64,000 nt of DNA from Bacteroidota bacterium (GTDB lineage: Bacteria > Bacteroidota > Bacteroidia > Bacteroidales > JAGNHN01). Shown here in pieces: positions 56,710 to 64,000 of the stretch. Position 1 is the first letter of the stretch. The number at the start of each line of letters is the position of its first letter. The stretch covers positions 632-64,631 of the forward strand of contig JAKLHK010000001.1 of NCBI GenBank assembly GCA_022710185.1. Direction: 5' to 3'. Made by a program: the position numbers and the translations under genes. The notes under the pieces were generated by a model. It was not told the DNA's origin. It saw nothing but the letters and a program-made list of their open reading frames with translations, and did no database searches.

Positions 56710-57705
56710 CTACTGTGGCCGGTAAACAAGGAGTTCCGCGCTCTGCTGTCGCAGTTCCTCCCAGGTGGCCGTGGGAAGGGTGGTGCCGCTGATGCCGATA
56801 ACGCGGGCGGCGCAGCGCGTGCCGATCAGGGCGCATTCCTCGGGGCTGCGGCCGAAGGCCCATCCGGCCAGGTAGCCTGAGGCGAAGAGGTCGCCGGCCC
56901 CATTGGTATCGGTTACCTCCGCCTTCTCTGCCGGGATGGCCCATGTTTTCTCAAATTCGGAAACCAGGCAACCCTGATCGCCGGTCTTCACGACAACCTG
57001 CCAGAACTCTCCGTTCATCGCGGCCAGGGCCTTGCGGGGATCCTTTTCCCCGGTATAGGCCTGGGCTTCCTGGGCATTGGCGAATACGATGTCTACGTTG
57101 CCGGGTAACACCTGGCGCAGGAAGCCGATGTGCTCCTGCACCACATTGTAGCTGGCCAGGTCCACGCTCACCATCAGTCCCTCTTCGGCGGCCAGCTCCA
57201 GGATGGACTCGAAGAGCTGGTGGTCCTGAACCAGGTAGCCCTCAAGGTGAACCAGATCATAACTGGCAAAGGTATCTTCATCGATATCGCTGGCGCTGAG
57301 CTCACTGGCTGATCCCAGGTAGGTGGCGAACGTGCGTTCTGAATCGGGGCTGATGAGGGTAAGGGCCACCCCTGTGTCCAGGGAGCCCTCGAGCAGCTGG
57401 GGCTCTACCCCGGCCTGCTCCAGTTCGGCATAGAAAAACTGACCATAATCATCGTCGCCCGCACTCCCCAGAAAGCCAGAGGGGATGCCCAGGCCAGCCA
57501 GGCCCCGGGCGGTATTCGCGGCGGAGCCTCCCGAAGCCATGGAGGAAGGGAGATCCTTCAAAGCCTTGCGCAATGCTCTCGACCGTTCCTGGTCCACCAG
57601 GGTCATGCTGCCCCTGGGGAGGCTGAAGGCCTCGAGGACCTTATCGTCAGGGATCCTTACAATGTGGTCGACCAGGGCATTGCCAATGCAGAGTATACGG
57701 GCCAT
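56710..57705 (-). CDS. PfkB-family carbohydrate/adenosine kinase
   Basis: Track ORF 56710..57729, started at MARILCIGNALVD (ATG 57705) because a -7 box overlaps the longer start. It has the PfkB motif DTNGAGDLFASG. Confidence 0.8.
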   Translation of the reverse strand: MARILCIGNALVDHIVRIPDDKVLEAFSLPRGSMTLVDQERSRALRKALKDLPSSMASGGSAANTARGLAGLGIPSGFLGSAGDDDYGQFFYAELEQAGVEPQLLEGSLDTGVALTLISPDSERTFATYLGSASELSASDIDEDTFASYDLVHLEGYLVQDHQLFESILELAAEEGLMVSVDLASYNVVQEHIGFLRQVLPGNVDIVFANAQEAQAYTGEKDPRKALAAMNGEFWQVVVKTGDQGCLVSEFEKTWAIPAEKAEVTDTNGAGDLFASGYLAGWAFGRSPEECALIGTRCAARVIGISGTTLPTATWEELRQQSAELLVYRPQ

Positions 57706-57726
57706 ATTAGGGTGCGTTTGGGAGGC

Positions 57727-57734
57727 CAAAACTA
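57727..57734 (-). promoter_or_regulatory. -7 box TAGTTTTG (minus strand) for the kinase gene
   Basis: CAAAACTA on the plus strand, 22 nt upstream of the ATG at 57705. Confidence 0.4.
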
Positions 57735-57830
57735 AGAAAATTGGGAAGATGAGAGATAGGAGAGTTGTATGTGTATCTTTAGATGCGAATCACCATCCCA
57801 CATTACCAAAGCTTGCAAACGATTCTAACT

Positions 57831-58667
57831 ATGCGGAGAAAACTCATTACGATCCTCATTGCCGCCGGCCTTTCTCTTGCCGGCCCCGCAGGCGCACAGA
57901 CACAAATCACCTTTTATACTTCGATGGGCGATTTCGTGGTAGAGATGACCGATTCCCTCACCCCCATCACCTCGGGGAACTTCATCGCGCTCACGATGCA
58001 ACATTTCTACGATGGCGTGATCTTTCACCGGGTAATCAACAATTTCGTGGTACAGGGAGGCGATCCTACGGGTACCGGTTACGGAGGTCCCGGCTATTCT
58101 ATCCCCGACGAGTTCGACAGCACGCTGAGCAATGTGACCGGCACCATATCCATGGCCAATGCCGGCCCGAACACCGGAGGCAGCCAGTTCTTCTTCAACC
58201 TGAAGGACAATACCCACCTGGATTTCAACAAGCCCCCTTTGACCTCTGCACACCCCGTCTTCGGCTGGGTAGTGTCCGGCTGGCAGGTGGTACTCGACAT
58301 TGGGAATGTGCCGGTGAACGCCGCATACCGCCCCTTAACCCCGGTGGTAATGGACAGTCTCAGGGTGACTTACTGGAATCCATTATCGGTAAACAGCCTG
58401 CCGACCGGCATCGGCAAGCCGTTCGTATATCCGAACCCCAGTACCCGGGACAGCCGGATTAATATCTTCAGCAAGGAGGAAACCCCTGTTAATATTTGCG
58501 TGTACGACCAACTGGGCAGAAAATGGAGTTCAGGCGAAATTAAGCTGACCAGCGGTCAGAACAGCATACCGCTGAGCCCGCTGATTGGGACTGAGCTCCC
58601 CAAAGGCCTCTACTTCCTTGTACTCGAACAAGGCCGGCAGCGGGAGGTGGTGAAGTTCGTCAGATGA
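57831..58667 (+). CDS. Cyclophilin-type peptidyl-prolyl isomerase fused to a T9SS type A C-terminal sorting domain
   Basis: Frame of track ORF 57783..58667, started at MRRKLITILIAAGLSLAGPAGAQ. It has a cyclophilin core (FHRVINNFVVQGGDP, SQFFFN). The C-terminal ~80 aa (YPNPSTRDSRINIF...GLYFLVLEQGRQREVVKFVR) match the Por secretion tail pattern. Confidence 0.8.
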   Translation: MRRKLITILIAAGLSLAGPAGAQTQITFYTSMGDFVVEMTDSLTPITSGNFIALTMQHFYDGVIFHRVINNFVVQGGDPTGTGYGGPGYSIPDEFDSTLSNVTGTISMANAGPNTGGSQFFFNLKDNTHLDFNKPPLTSAHPVFGWVVSGWQVVLDIGNVPVNAAYRPLTPVVMDSLRVTYWNPLSVNSLPTGIGKPFVYPNPSTRDSRINIFSKEETPVNICVYDQLGRKWSSGEIKLTSGQNSIPLSPLIGTELPKGLYFLVLEQGRQREVVKFVR

Positions 58668-58680
58668 AACAGCAACCTAC

Positions 58681-58741
58681 GGATTGACGATTGACGGGGG
58701 CCATTGACGATTGACGAGGAAAAATGAACCATCAACCATCA
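58681..58741 (+). repeat. Composite short-word repeat element, copy C (compact)
   Basis: GGATTGACGATTGACGGGGGCCATTGACGATTGACGAGG followed by CCATCAACCATCA, in the same module order and orientation as copy A. Confidence 0.8.
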
Positions 58742-58749
58742 TTTATTAT

Positions 58750-58980
58750 CTATTTTTCCGACAGTTTGCGCTCCAGCTCGTCCAGGCGGTCGTTGGCCGA
58801 ATGGATCATCATGAAGGCGCGGGCCATGGGCAGGGCGATGAGCAGAAGGGCCACTGAAGTGATCAGGCCGATCCAGCAGAAATTAATGATGTAATACACT
58901 ATGCCCACCAGGGCGATCAGGGCGGCGATGATGGCACCGGGAACGCCCATCGGGCAACGGAGCTTGGCTTTGTTTTCCAT
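58750..58980 (-). CDS. Small two-TM membrane protein, function unknown
   Basis: 76 aa with two hydrophobic helices and a charged C-terminal tail (NDRLDELERKLSEK). It lies 13 nt downstream of the thioredoxin-like gene. Confidence 0.5.
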   Translation of the reverse strand: MENKAKLRCPMGVPGAIIAALIALVGIVYYIINFCWIGLITSVALLLIALPMARAFMMIHSANDRLDELERKLSEK

Positions 58981-58993
58981 TTCCTTAATGAAT

Positions 58994-59281
58994 TTAGGGT
59001 TGAACGCTGTTCAATGTTTCGATTAGTTCCTGACGGGAGGGGAGCTGGCGGAATACCACCTTGCCCCCGATGAGCAGGGCAGGCACTGCATGGATCCCCA
59101 GGCGAAGGGTGCGCACGTAGCCCATGGGGCCGCTGGCCAGAGTACGCTTCAGACGGAAGCGGTCACCATAGCCGGGCAGCAGCTCGTCAAGCATCTGCCC
59201 CAGGGCCTTGCAGGCCGGGCATCCGGGGGTATGAAATAGTTCAAGTTGAACAGGAGGGGTCTGGTCCATTTCCGATAGCAT
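58994..59281 (-). CDS. Thioredoxin/glutaredoxin-fold protein (CPAC active site)
   Basis: 95 aa with LFHTPGCPACKAL and a cis-Pro context (HAVPALLIGGK). Confidence 0.7.
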   Translation of the reverse strand: MLSEMDQTPPVQLELFHTPGCPACKALGQMLDELLPGYGDRFRLKRTLASGPMGYVRTLRLGIHAVPALLIGGKVVFRQLPSRQELIETLNSVQP

Positions 59282-59294
59282 TGGCTATCCATAA

Positions 59295-59302
59295 CAAAGG
59301 TA
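59295..59302 (-). promoter_or_regulatory. -7 box TACCTTTG (minus strand)
   Basis: CAAAGGTA on the plus strand, 14 nt upstream of the ATG at 59281. Confidence 0.4.
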
Positions 59303-59418
59303 TGAGGGATTTGGTTCCGCCTTAAGGGAAATCGCATAGGGCGACCACTATCTCCAGATCAGGGGGGAAATAATTCTGCATTCCTTCTGCCACTGAACCA
59401 GGCTTTTCAATGCCACCC

Positions 59419-60867
59419 TTAGGCTTTGTCCGACGCCTTTTCTATCCTGCTGAGCTTGATCATATTCGTGCCCTTTTTCTGGTATACGGGAAGGCTGCCG
59501 ATGTGTACCACGATGTCCTCAAGTTCGATATATCCATTAGTGATCAGGAAATGATCGGTAGCGTCGAAGAACTGGTCCGTGGATTGGGCCATTTCGAAGG
59601 TAAAGGCTTCCACGCCCCATACCAGGGCCAACTGTCGCCGTATCACCTCGCTGGCGGTGAACGCGAAAAGTCTCGCCCGGGGCCTGTATCGGGACACCTG
59701 GAGCACCGTGAAGCCTGTGTGGGTGAAGGATATGAGCGCCCGGGCATCGCTTTGCTCGGCCATTTTTTGTGCATTGTAAGCGATGGACTTCGGCAGGAAG
59801 TCGGGGTCGGAGGATTTGGGCTGCGCACCCTTGTGGAAACCGTAGGCGTTTGCCTCCGTGTGGCTGATGATCCGCTGCATAGCTGTGGCAGCTTCCACCG
59901 GGAATTTTCCGACGGAGGTCTCGCCGCTCAGCATCAGGGCATCTGCCCCGTCGAGCACGGCATTGGCCACGTCGTTGGCTTCGGCCCGGGTGGGCCTGAA
60001 ATTACCGATCATACTCTCGAGCATCTGGGTGGCGATGATCACCGGTCGGGCCTTCCTCAGACACTTCTGTACGATCTCCTTCTGTATCAGGGGTATCTGG
60101 TGGAAGGGCATCTCTACCCCCAGGTCCCCGCGGGCTACCATAATGCCATCGGCCACTTCAAGGATGCTGTCGATGTTGCGCACAGCCTCCGGCTTTTCGA
60201 TCTTGGCGATCACCTTCACGTTCTTTCCCCTGGACAAGATCAGCTCCTTCAGGCGCACGACATCCTCGGCTTTACGAACGAAGGAGAGGGCGATCCAGTC
60301 TATATCGTTATCCAGCATAAACACGACATCCTGAACATCCTTATCGGTAAGGCTGGGCAGGCTGAGGTCCGAATCCGGCAGGTTGACCCCTTTGCGGGAA
60401 TAGAGTTCGCCTCCATAAATGATCTTACAAAAAATGCTTTTCCCTCCATCCGTTTCCTGCACTTCGAGCTTCAGCTTGCCATCGTCGAGAAGGATCGTTT
60501 CCCCCGCTTTCACTTCGCGGGCCAGGGCTGCATAGCGCACCTGCACCTTTTGCGCGGTGCCGGGAACATCTTCGGTAGTCAGTTCGATCCGTTCTCCTTC
60601 CTTAAGCAGTACCGGCTCGTCCTGAATTTCCCCTACCCTGATCTTGGGGCCCTGGAGATCCCCCAGGATGGCGATGTTGCGGGTTTGCGTAGACCGTAAC
60701 CGTTTGATTTTCTCGATGTTTTCTAACTGTTGGGAATGAGCACCGTGAGAAAAGTTCAGGCGGAACACATCCACCCCCTCCCTCATCAGGCTTTGCAGCA
60801 CTTCTTCCCCGGAAGAAGCGGGGCCTATGGTTACCACGATTTTGGTCCTCGAACGAAAGGTGTGCAT
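59419..60867 (-). CDS. pyk: Pyruvate kinase
   Basis: 482 aa with TKIVVTIGPAS, NFSHG, MVARGDLGVE and the C-terminal regulatory domain. Confidence 0.93.
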   Translation of the reverse strand: MHTFRSRTKIVVTIGPASSGEEVLQSLMREGVDVFRLNFSHGAHSQQLENIEKIKRLRSTQTRNIAILGDLQGPKIRVGEIQDEPVLLKEGERIELTTEDVPGTAQKVQVRYAALAREVKAGETILLDDGKLKLEVQETDGGKSIFCKIIYGGELYSRKGVNLPDSDLSLPSLTDKDVQDVVFMLDNDIDWIALSFVRKAEDVVRLKELILSRGKNVKVIAKIEKPEAVRNIDSILEVADGIMVARGDLGVEMPFHQIPLIQKEIVQKCLRKARPVIIATQMLESMIGNFRPTRAEANDVANAVLDGADALMLSGETSVGKFPVEAATAMQRIISHTEANAYGFHKGAQPKSSDPDFLPKSIAYNAQKMAEQSDARALISFTHTGFTVLQVSRYRPRARLFAFTASEVIRRQLALVWGVEAFTFEMAQSTDQFFDATDHFLITNGYIELEDIVVHIGSLPVYQKKGTNMIKLSRIEKASDKA

Positions 60868-61040
60868 ACCTGGATTTGTTTATGTGAAGATAATTGATTA
60901 ACACGCTGCATCTTGACAAACATCAGAGTTTGTTGTATATTAAAGCCTTGCATTCGAACAGCTCTCGGCGTTAGGCGGAAGCCATATTCCTTCCGATATC
61001 TCCTGCACCAAAATGCCGCCAGACATAAACCCCACCAACT

Positions 61041-63077
61041 ATGAAAAGGACATATGCAAGTGCGCTGAAAACAGCTGGTCTGTTGTTTGGACTCATTGGG
61101 ATCGCTTCATCCTGCAGCGTCGAGTTTTCCATCAAACAACCAGGCACAACGGAACAGGATTCCAGTTTCGCGGTTCAGCTCTACTTCCAAGAATTCCCCT
61201 ATATGGGGATAACGTATCCAGCAGAAGGTCAGCACATCTTCGGCATACAGCTCCCGCTGGGATGGACCGTCGAGGATAGCATTGCGATCTATGATAGTTC
61301 AATAACACCATCAAGCGTTCCCATCAGCCAAATAATCTATTCGCAAGGACTTGCGGATTCGATGAATATTTTTCATCCGTCCGATCCGGGACGTTATTGG
61401 TGGGTGGGGAATTGGTCCATTCCTAATAATATTGCGTTTGGCGCCGTATCGATAGATCCCACCGATACCACCGGTTCCTTTTTGATCGACTATTTTGGAG
61501 GGACCGATCTTCTTAATTATGATGATTATGTGATCGTCAGGAACACCAATATTACCGTAGGGCTGCCCGATACCCAATATGTTACCTCAAACCAGGATTC
61601 GGGTCCGGGCTCCCTGAGATGGGCCGTGGAGCATACAGCCAATGATGGAGTGGTTCTATTCGGCCTGACTGGTGAGGATACGATACTCCTGACAGAATCC
61701 ATAAAAGTGTATTCCGGCCTCACCATCGATGGGGGCCCAAATATGCCGGTGATTAGTGGAAATGACAGCTGTACGGTATTTGTCATCGACGGGTACAATA
61801 ACACTCCGACCTTGAAAAACCTCATCATTACCCGTGGAAAGGGTATTCACGGAGGAGGTATAAGGTGCGGAGGATTCTCGGGGCTGATCCTGTCCAATGT
61901 GAAGCTCATTGATAATCGAGCAGAAGAGGGTGCAGGATTGTTTGCAGACTTTAACCTGGATAAGTGGAAGCTCACGGCTCTTGACATTCAGAAGATGCTG
62001 TCGCTGAACGAGGTAGTTATCAGTGATTGTTATGCCACTGGATTCGGCGGTGGTATTTATTCCAGCAATGGAAAATTGTCGCTGAACGATGTAGTTATCA
62101 GGAACAATTATGCCACCTATGCAGGTGGTGGTGTTTATTGCAGCTATAACGGAGAGTTGAAAATTAATGGAGGTATAATAGCGAATAACCGCGCTGATAT
62201 GTGGGGCGGGGGGGTATGCGTGTTTTCTAATTCCGTTAATATCACAAACTCCCTGATCATCGGCAATTCCTCCAAGAATGCGGGGGGGATACTTAGCAAT
62301 TATTGTGAACCCCTGTCGCTGATCAATAATACCATCGCGGGTAACATAGCAGATTCAACTTCAGCCGGCGGTTTAGACTTCGGTGATAGACAATACTATT
62401 CTGGTCCTTATGGTAAGATGGAGAACAACATTCTCTGGGGAAACTTTAATGCACAAGGACCTGCAAGTTTGGGTATAGGCACTCCGAGTGCTTCCTCAGG
62501 GGCCAAGTTGACCCTTTCCCACTGCAACTTCCCTGCCAATTCAATCATCGGAAACCTTCCGGTAATCACCAATGGGTGTTGCTATTCCCCTCCCTTGTTT
62601 GATAGCCTGTCTGCCTATCATCCTTACTCACTGCTCCCGGCTTCTCCGTGTATTGAGGCCGGCATTTACCCTACTGACCCCTTATTCCCGACAACAGATA
62701 TCGTTGGGAACCCACGAGTACAGGACGGAGATAATGATGGTGTTTCGGTGATTGACATCGGGGCCTATGAGTATGACGCGATATGGGCCGGCCTGGGGGA
62801 ACGTCCTGGGAAAATCGCTGAACGCCTGGATGTCCGGATATTCCCAAATCCCGCCAGGAACCAGGTCAATGTTGAGGTCACCACCCATAGGAGCGGTCGC
62901 GTTTCAATGAGCTTATACAGCCTCAACGGGCGTATGGCAGGGACCTGGGAGGCCTTACAAGCGGCTAATTTCCAGACGACCACCACCATAGACCTCAGCA
63001 GGTTTAAACCGGGACTGTATATGCTTGAGGTTATTGCCGGGGATGACATTGCTCATAAGAAGCTGGTAGTATATTGA
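61041..63077 (+). CDS. Right-handed beta-helix (choice-of-anchor Q / Pmp-repeat-like) T9SS type A cargo protein
   Basis: 678 aa with a lipoprotein-like signal (LIGIASSC), a GPGSLRWAVEH motif and repeated GGGI/GGGV beta-helix rungs. The C-terminal tail is IFPNPARNQVNVEV...GLYMLEVIAGDDIAHKKLVVY. Confidence 0.75.
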   Translation: MKRTYASALKTAGLLFGLIGIASSCSVEFSIKQPGTTEQDSSFAVQLYFQEFPYMGITYPAEGQHIFGIQLPLGWTVEDSIAIYDSSITPSSVPISQIIYSQGLADSMNIFHPSDPGRYWWVGNWSIPNNIAFGAVSIDPTDTTGSFLIDYFGGTDLLNYDDYVIVRNTNITVGLPDTQYVTSNQDSGPGSLRWAVEHTANDGVVLFGLTGEDTILLTESIKVYSGLTIDGGPNMPVISGNDSCTVFVIDGYNNTPTLKNLIITRGKGIHGGGIRCGGFSGLILSNVKLIDNRAEEGAGLFADFNLDKWKLTALDIQKMLSLNEVVISDCYATGFGGGIYSSNGKLSLNDVVIRNNYATYAGGGVYCSYNGELKINGGIIANNRADMWGGGVCVFSNSVNITNSLIIGNSSKNAGGILSNYCEPLSLINNTIAGNIADSTSAGGLDFGDRQYYSGPYGKMENNILWGNFNAQGPASLGIGTPSASSGAKLTLSHCNFPANSIIGNLPVITNGCCYSPPLFDSLSAYHPYSLLPASPCIEAGIYPTDPLFPTTDIVGNPRVQDGDNDGVSVIDIGAYEYDAIWAGLGERPGKIAERLDVRIFPNPARNQVNVEVTTHRSGRVSMSLYSLNGRMAGTWEALQAANFQTTTTIDLSRFKPGLYMLEVIAGDDIAHKKLVVY

Positions 63078-63222
63078 GCTTCGGAGTATTTGTGTATCGG
63101 GGCTCGACCTTTAACAGGGATCGGCGGAATGACCGACATAGTACTTATCAGCTGTAGTATTAATCAATTATGTACAGATAGTACATAGACATAAGCACAG
63201 AGCACTGCGCATGGATAAATGC

Positions 63223-63247
63223 AAAAACCCGGCGTTGCCGGGCTTTT
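63223..63247. terminator. Bidirectional hairpin terminator
   Basis: AAAAA-CCCGGC-GTT-GCCGGG-CTTTT. It serves the minus-strand tRNA-like copy and possibly the upstream plus-strand gene. Confidence 0.55.
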
Positions 63248-63250
63248 GTC

Positions 63251-63345
63251 GCTCCCCTGCTGGACTTCCCGAATCACTTCGTTCTCGGGACGCGTGAACC
63301 AGCGACCCTCTGATTAATCCCGCACGTGCGGGGCAATGACCAATC
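63251..63345 (-). pseudogene. Degenerate, insertion-bearing copy of tRNA-Asn
   Basis: 63295-63317 is the exact reverse complement of 63558-63580. 63251-63266 matches the T-loop 3' half plus acceptor with one G fewer. There is a 28-nt insert at 63267-63294. The D-loop TTGGTCA is retained (63337-63343). The anticodon stem is replaced by the palindrome CCCGCACGTGCGGG. Confidence 0.55.
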
Positions 63346-63499
63346 GAGGCATGTGTATACCTATCGTCCTGGCGCATTGCGTACCTAATACTATGAACAG
63401 CTAACCGGGAACCTGCGTCCATGTGAGAGGAAACGAACCTCCAACCTAACAGGAGCGAAAATCTTCAAAGAAGGTTATTGGTAGGTTTAGATTTATTTG

Positions 63500-63507
63500 T
63501 ACCTTTG
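63500..63507 (+). promoter_or_regulatory. -7 box TACCTTTG for tRNA-Asn
   Basis: TAnnTTTG match 15 nt upstream of the tRNA 5' end. Confidence 0.45.
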
Positions 63508-63522
63508 CCCTCCATTAAATAC

Positions 63523-63596
63523 TCCTCCTTAGCTCAGTTGGTCAGAGCATCTGACTGTTAATCAGAGGGTCGCTGGTTCAAGTCCAGCAGGGGGAG
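63523..63596 (+). tRNA. tRNA-Asn (anticodon GTT)
   Basis: 74-nt cloverleaf by hand. Acceptor TCCTCCT/AGGGGGA (one G-U pair), D arm GCTC-AGTTGGTCA-GAGC, anticodon arm TCTGA-CTGTTAA-TCAGA (GTT at 63557-63559), T arm GCTGG-TTCAAGT-CCAGC. CCA is not encoded. Confidence 0.9.
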
Positions 63597-63600
63597 CAAC

Positions 63601-63625
63601 AAAAAGCGGCGCATGGCCGCTTTTT
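63601..63625 (+). terminator. Rho-independent terminator after tRNA-Asn
   Basis: AAAAA-GCGGC-GCATG-GCCGC-TTTTT. Confidence 0.7.
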
Positions 63626-63783
63626 GCATTTAAGCACCTCCCTTTCTTAATGGGCACCTGGCCCAACAGGGGAATTTATATCTAAGAGCGGGTCTGCCAC
63701 CTATGATGAAAGAATATAGACATTGAACAACACGTTATTCATAGATCTCCTGTATATTTGACCTCACCACAAAAACAAATCCC

Positions 63784-64000
63784 ATGGAAAAAACCCGGAT
63801 CTTCCTGCTGGGCATATTGCTCAGCTTCACAGCCTTTACCTTCGCCCAGGAATTCGCCGCGCCCTTCGATGCTTTCTCCCGCTCCAAAACCGCCTATATC
63901 CATATGAAGGACGGCTCAGTGAAGGAAGGCGTCCTCGACGGCTTCAAACGTACCAAGGGCCTCATCGAGGTGGTTAAGCTGGAAACACCCAACGGCCGCA
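63784..64000 (+). CDS. 5' part of a secreted protein (partial, runs off the window)
   Basis: The ATG at 63784 opens MEKTRIFLLGILLSFTAFTFAQEFAAP... (signal peptide), and the frame stays open to the window end. Confidence 0.55.
   Translation, partial: MEKTRIFLLGILLSFTAFTFAQEFAAPFDAFSRSKTAYIHMKDGSVKEGVLDGFKRTKGLIEVVKLETPNGR

Noticed and set aside
57706-57729. The longer start (57729) for the PfkB kinase.
   Set aside because: That start codon is overlapped by the TAGTTTTG -7 box (57727-57734). The conserved N-terminus MARILCIGNALVD begins at 57705.
63223-63430. tmRNA (ssrA) or another tRNA-like housekeeping RNA on the minus strand.
   Set aside because: I found no GGGG-type 5' acceptor partner, no tag-peptide reading frame ending in a typical ...ALAA-stop, and the T arm derives from tRNA-Asn rather than being tRNA-Ala-like. 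The region is also too short for Bacteroidota tmRNA. This still needs an Infernal check.

Overview
This is a 64-kb chromosomal segment that looks like a relatively GC-rich member of the Bacteroidota. The evidence is T9SS type A and type B C-terminal sorting domains, a DUF2723 protein, an LptC / GldE-like / PpiD neighbourhood, and TAnnTTTG -7 promoter boxes 5-50 nt upstream of most first-in-operon start codons. I call about 48 protein genes, one tRNA-Asn(GTT) and one degenerate tRNA-Asn copy. Most of the window is housekeeping: envelope/LPS genes (0.1-5.6 kb); a lower mevalonate operon (HMG-CoA reductase, GYDIA-family kinase, MVD, MVK) followed directly by adenine deaminase (7.6-13.6 kb); a DUF2723 / deacetylase / Ig-like lipoprotein operon; pheS, tyrS, cysS, lnt, mnmA, pyk; an EF-G2-type paralog; alkaline phosphatase; and several T9SS cargo proteins. 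The unusual content is: (i) a compact minus-strand operon of acpS, an Acs-like adenylating enzyme, a stand-alone carrier protein and a Kbl-like alpha-oxoamine synthase (32.7-36.4 kb), directly beside the canonical kbl/tdh pair. This is my best candidate for an undescribed system. (ii) A visibly AT-richer ~8.5-kb defence island (38.9-47.5 kb) with hsdM-rhuM-hsdS-hsdR plus a separately promoted DUF2971 gene, no integrase, and a 12-nt tandem repeat in the HsdS spacer helix. (iii) A family of modular short-word (mostly heptamer) repeats in intergenic DNA, with two copies bracketing mnmA in inverted orientation. (iv) An inverted, insertion-bearing ghost copy of tRNA-Asn with its own terminator. (v) A phased TATAAC(C/G)G array and a polypyrimidine tract in a 650-bp intergenic region. 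All functional calls come from reading translated ORFs and motifs by eye; no database search or computation was run.
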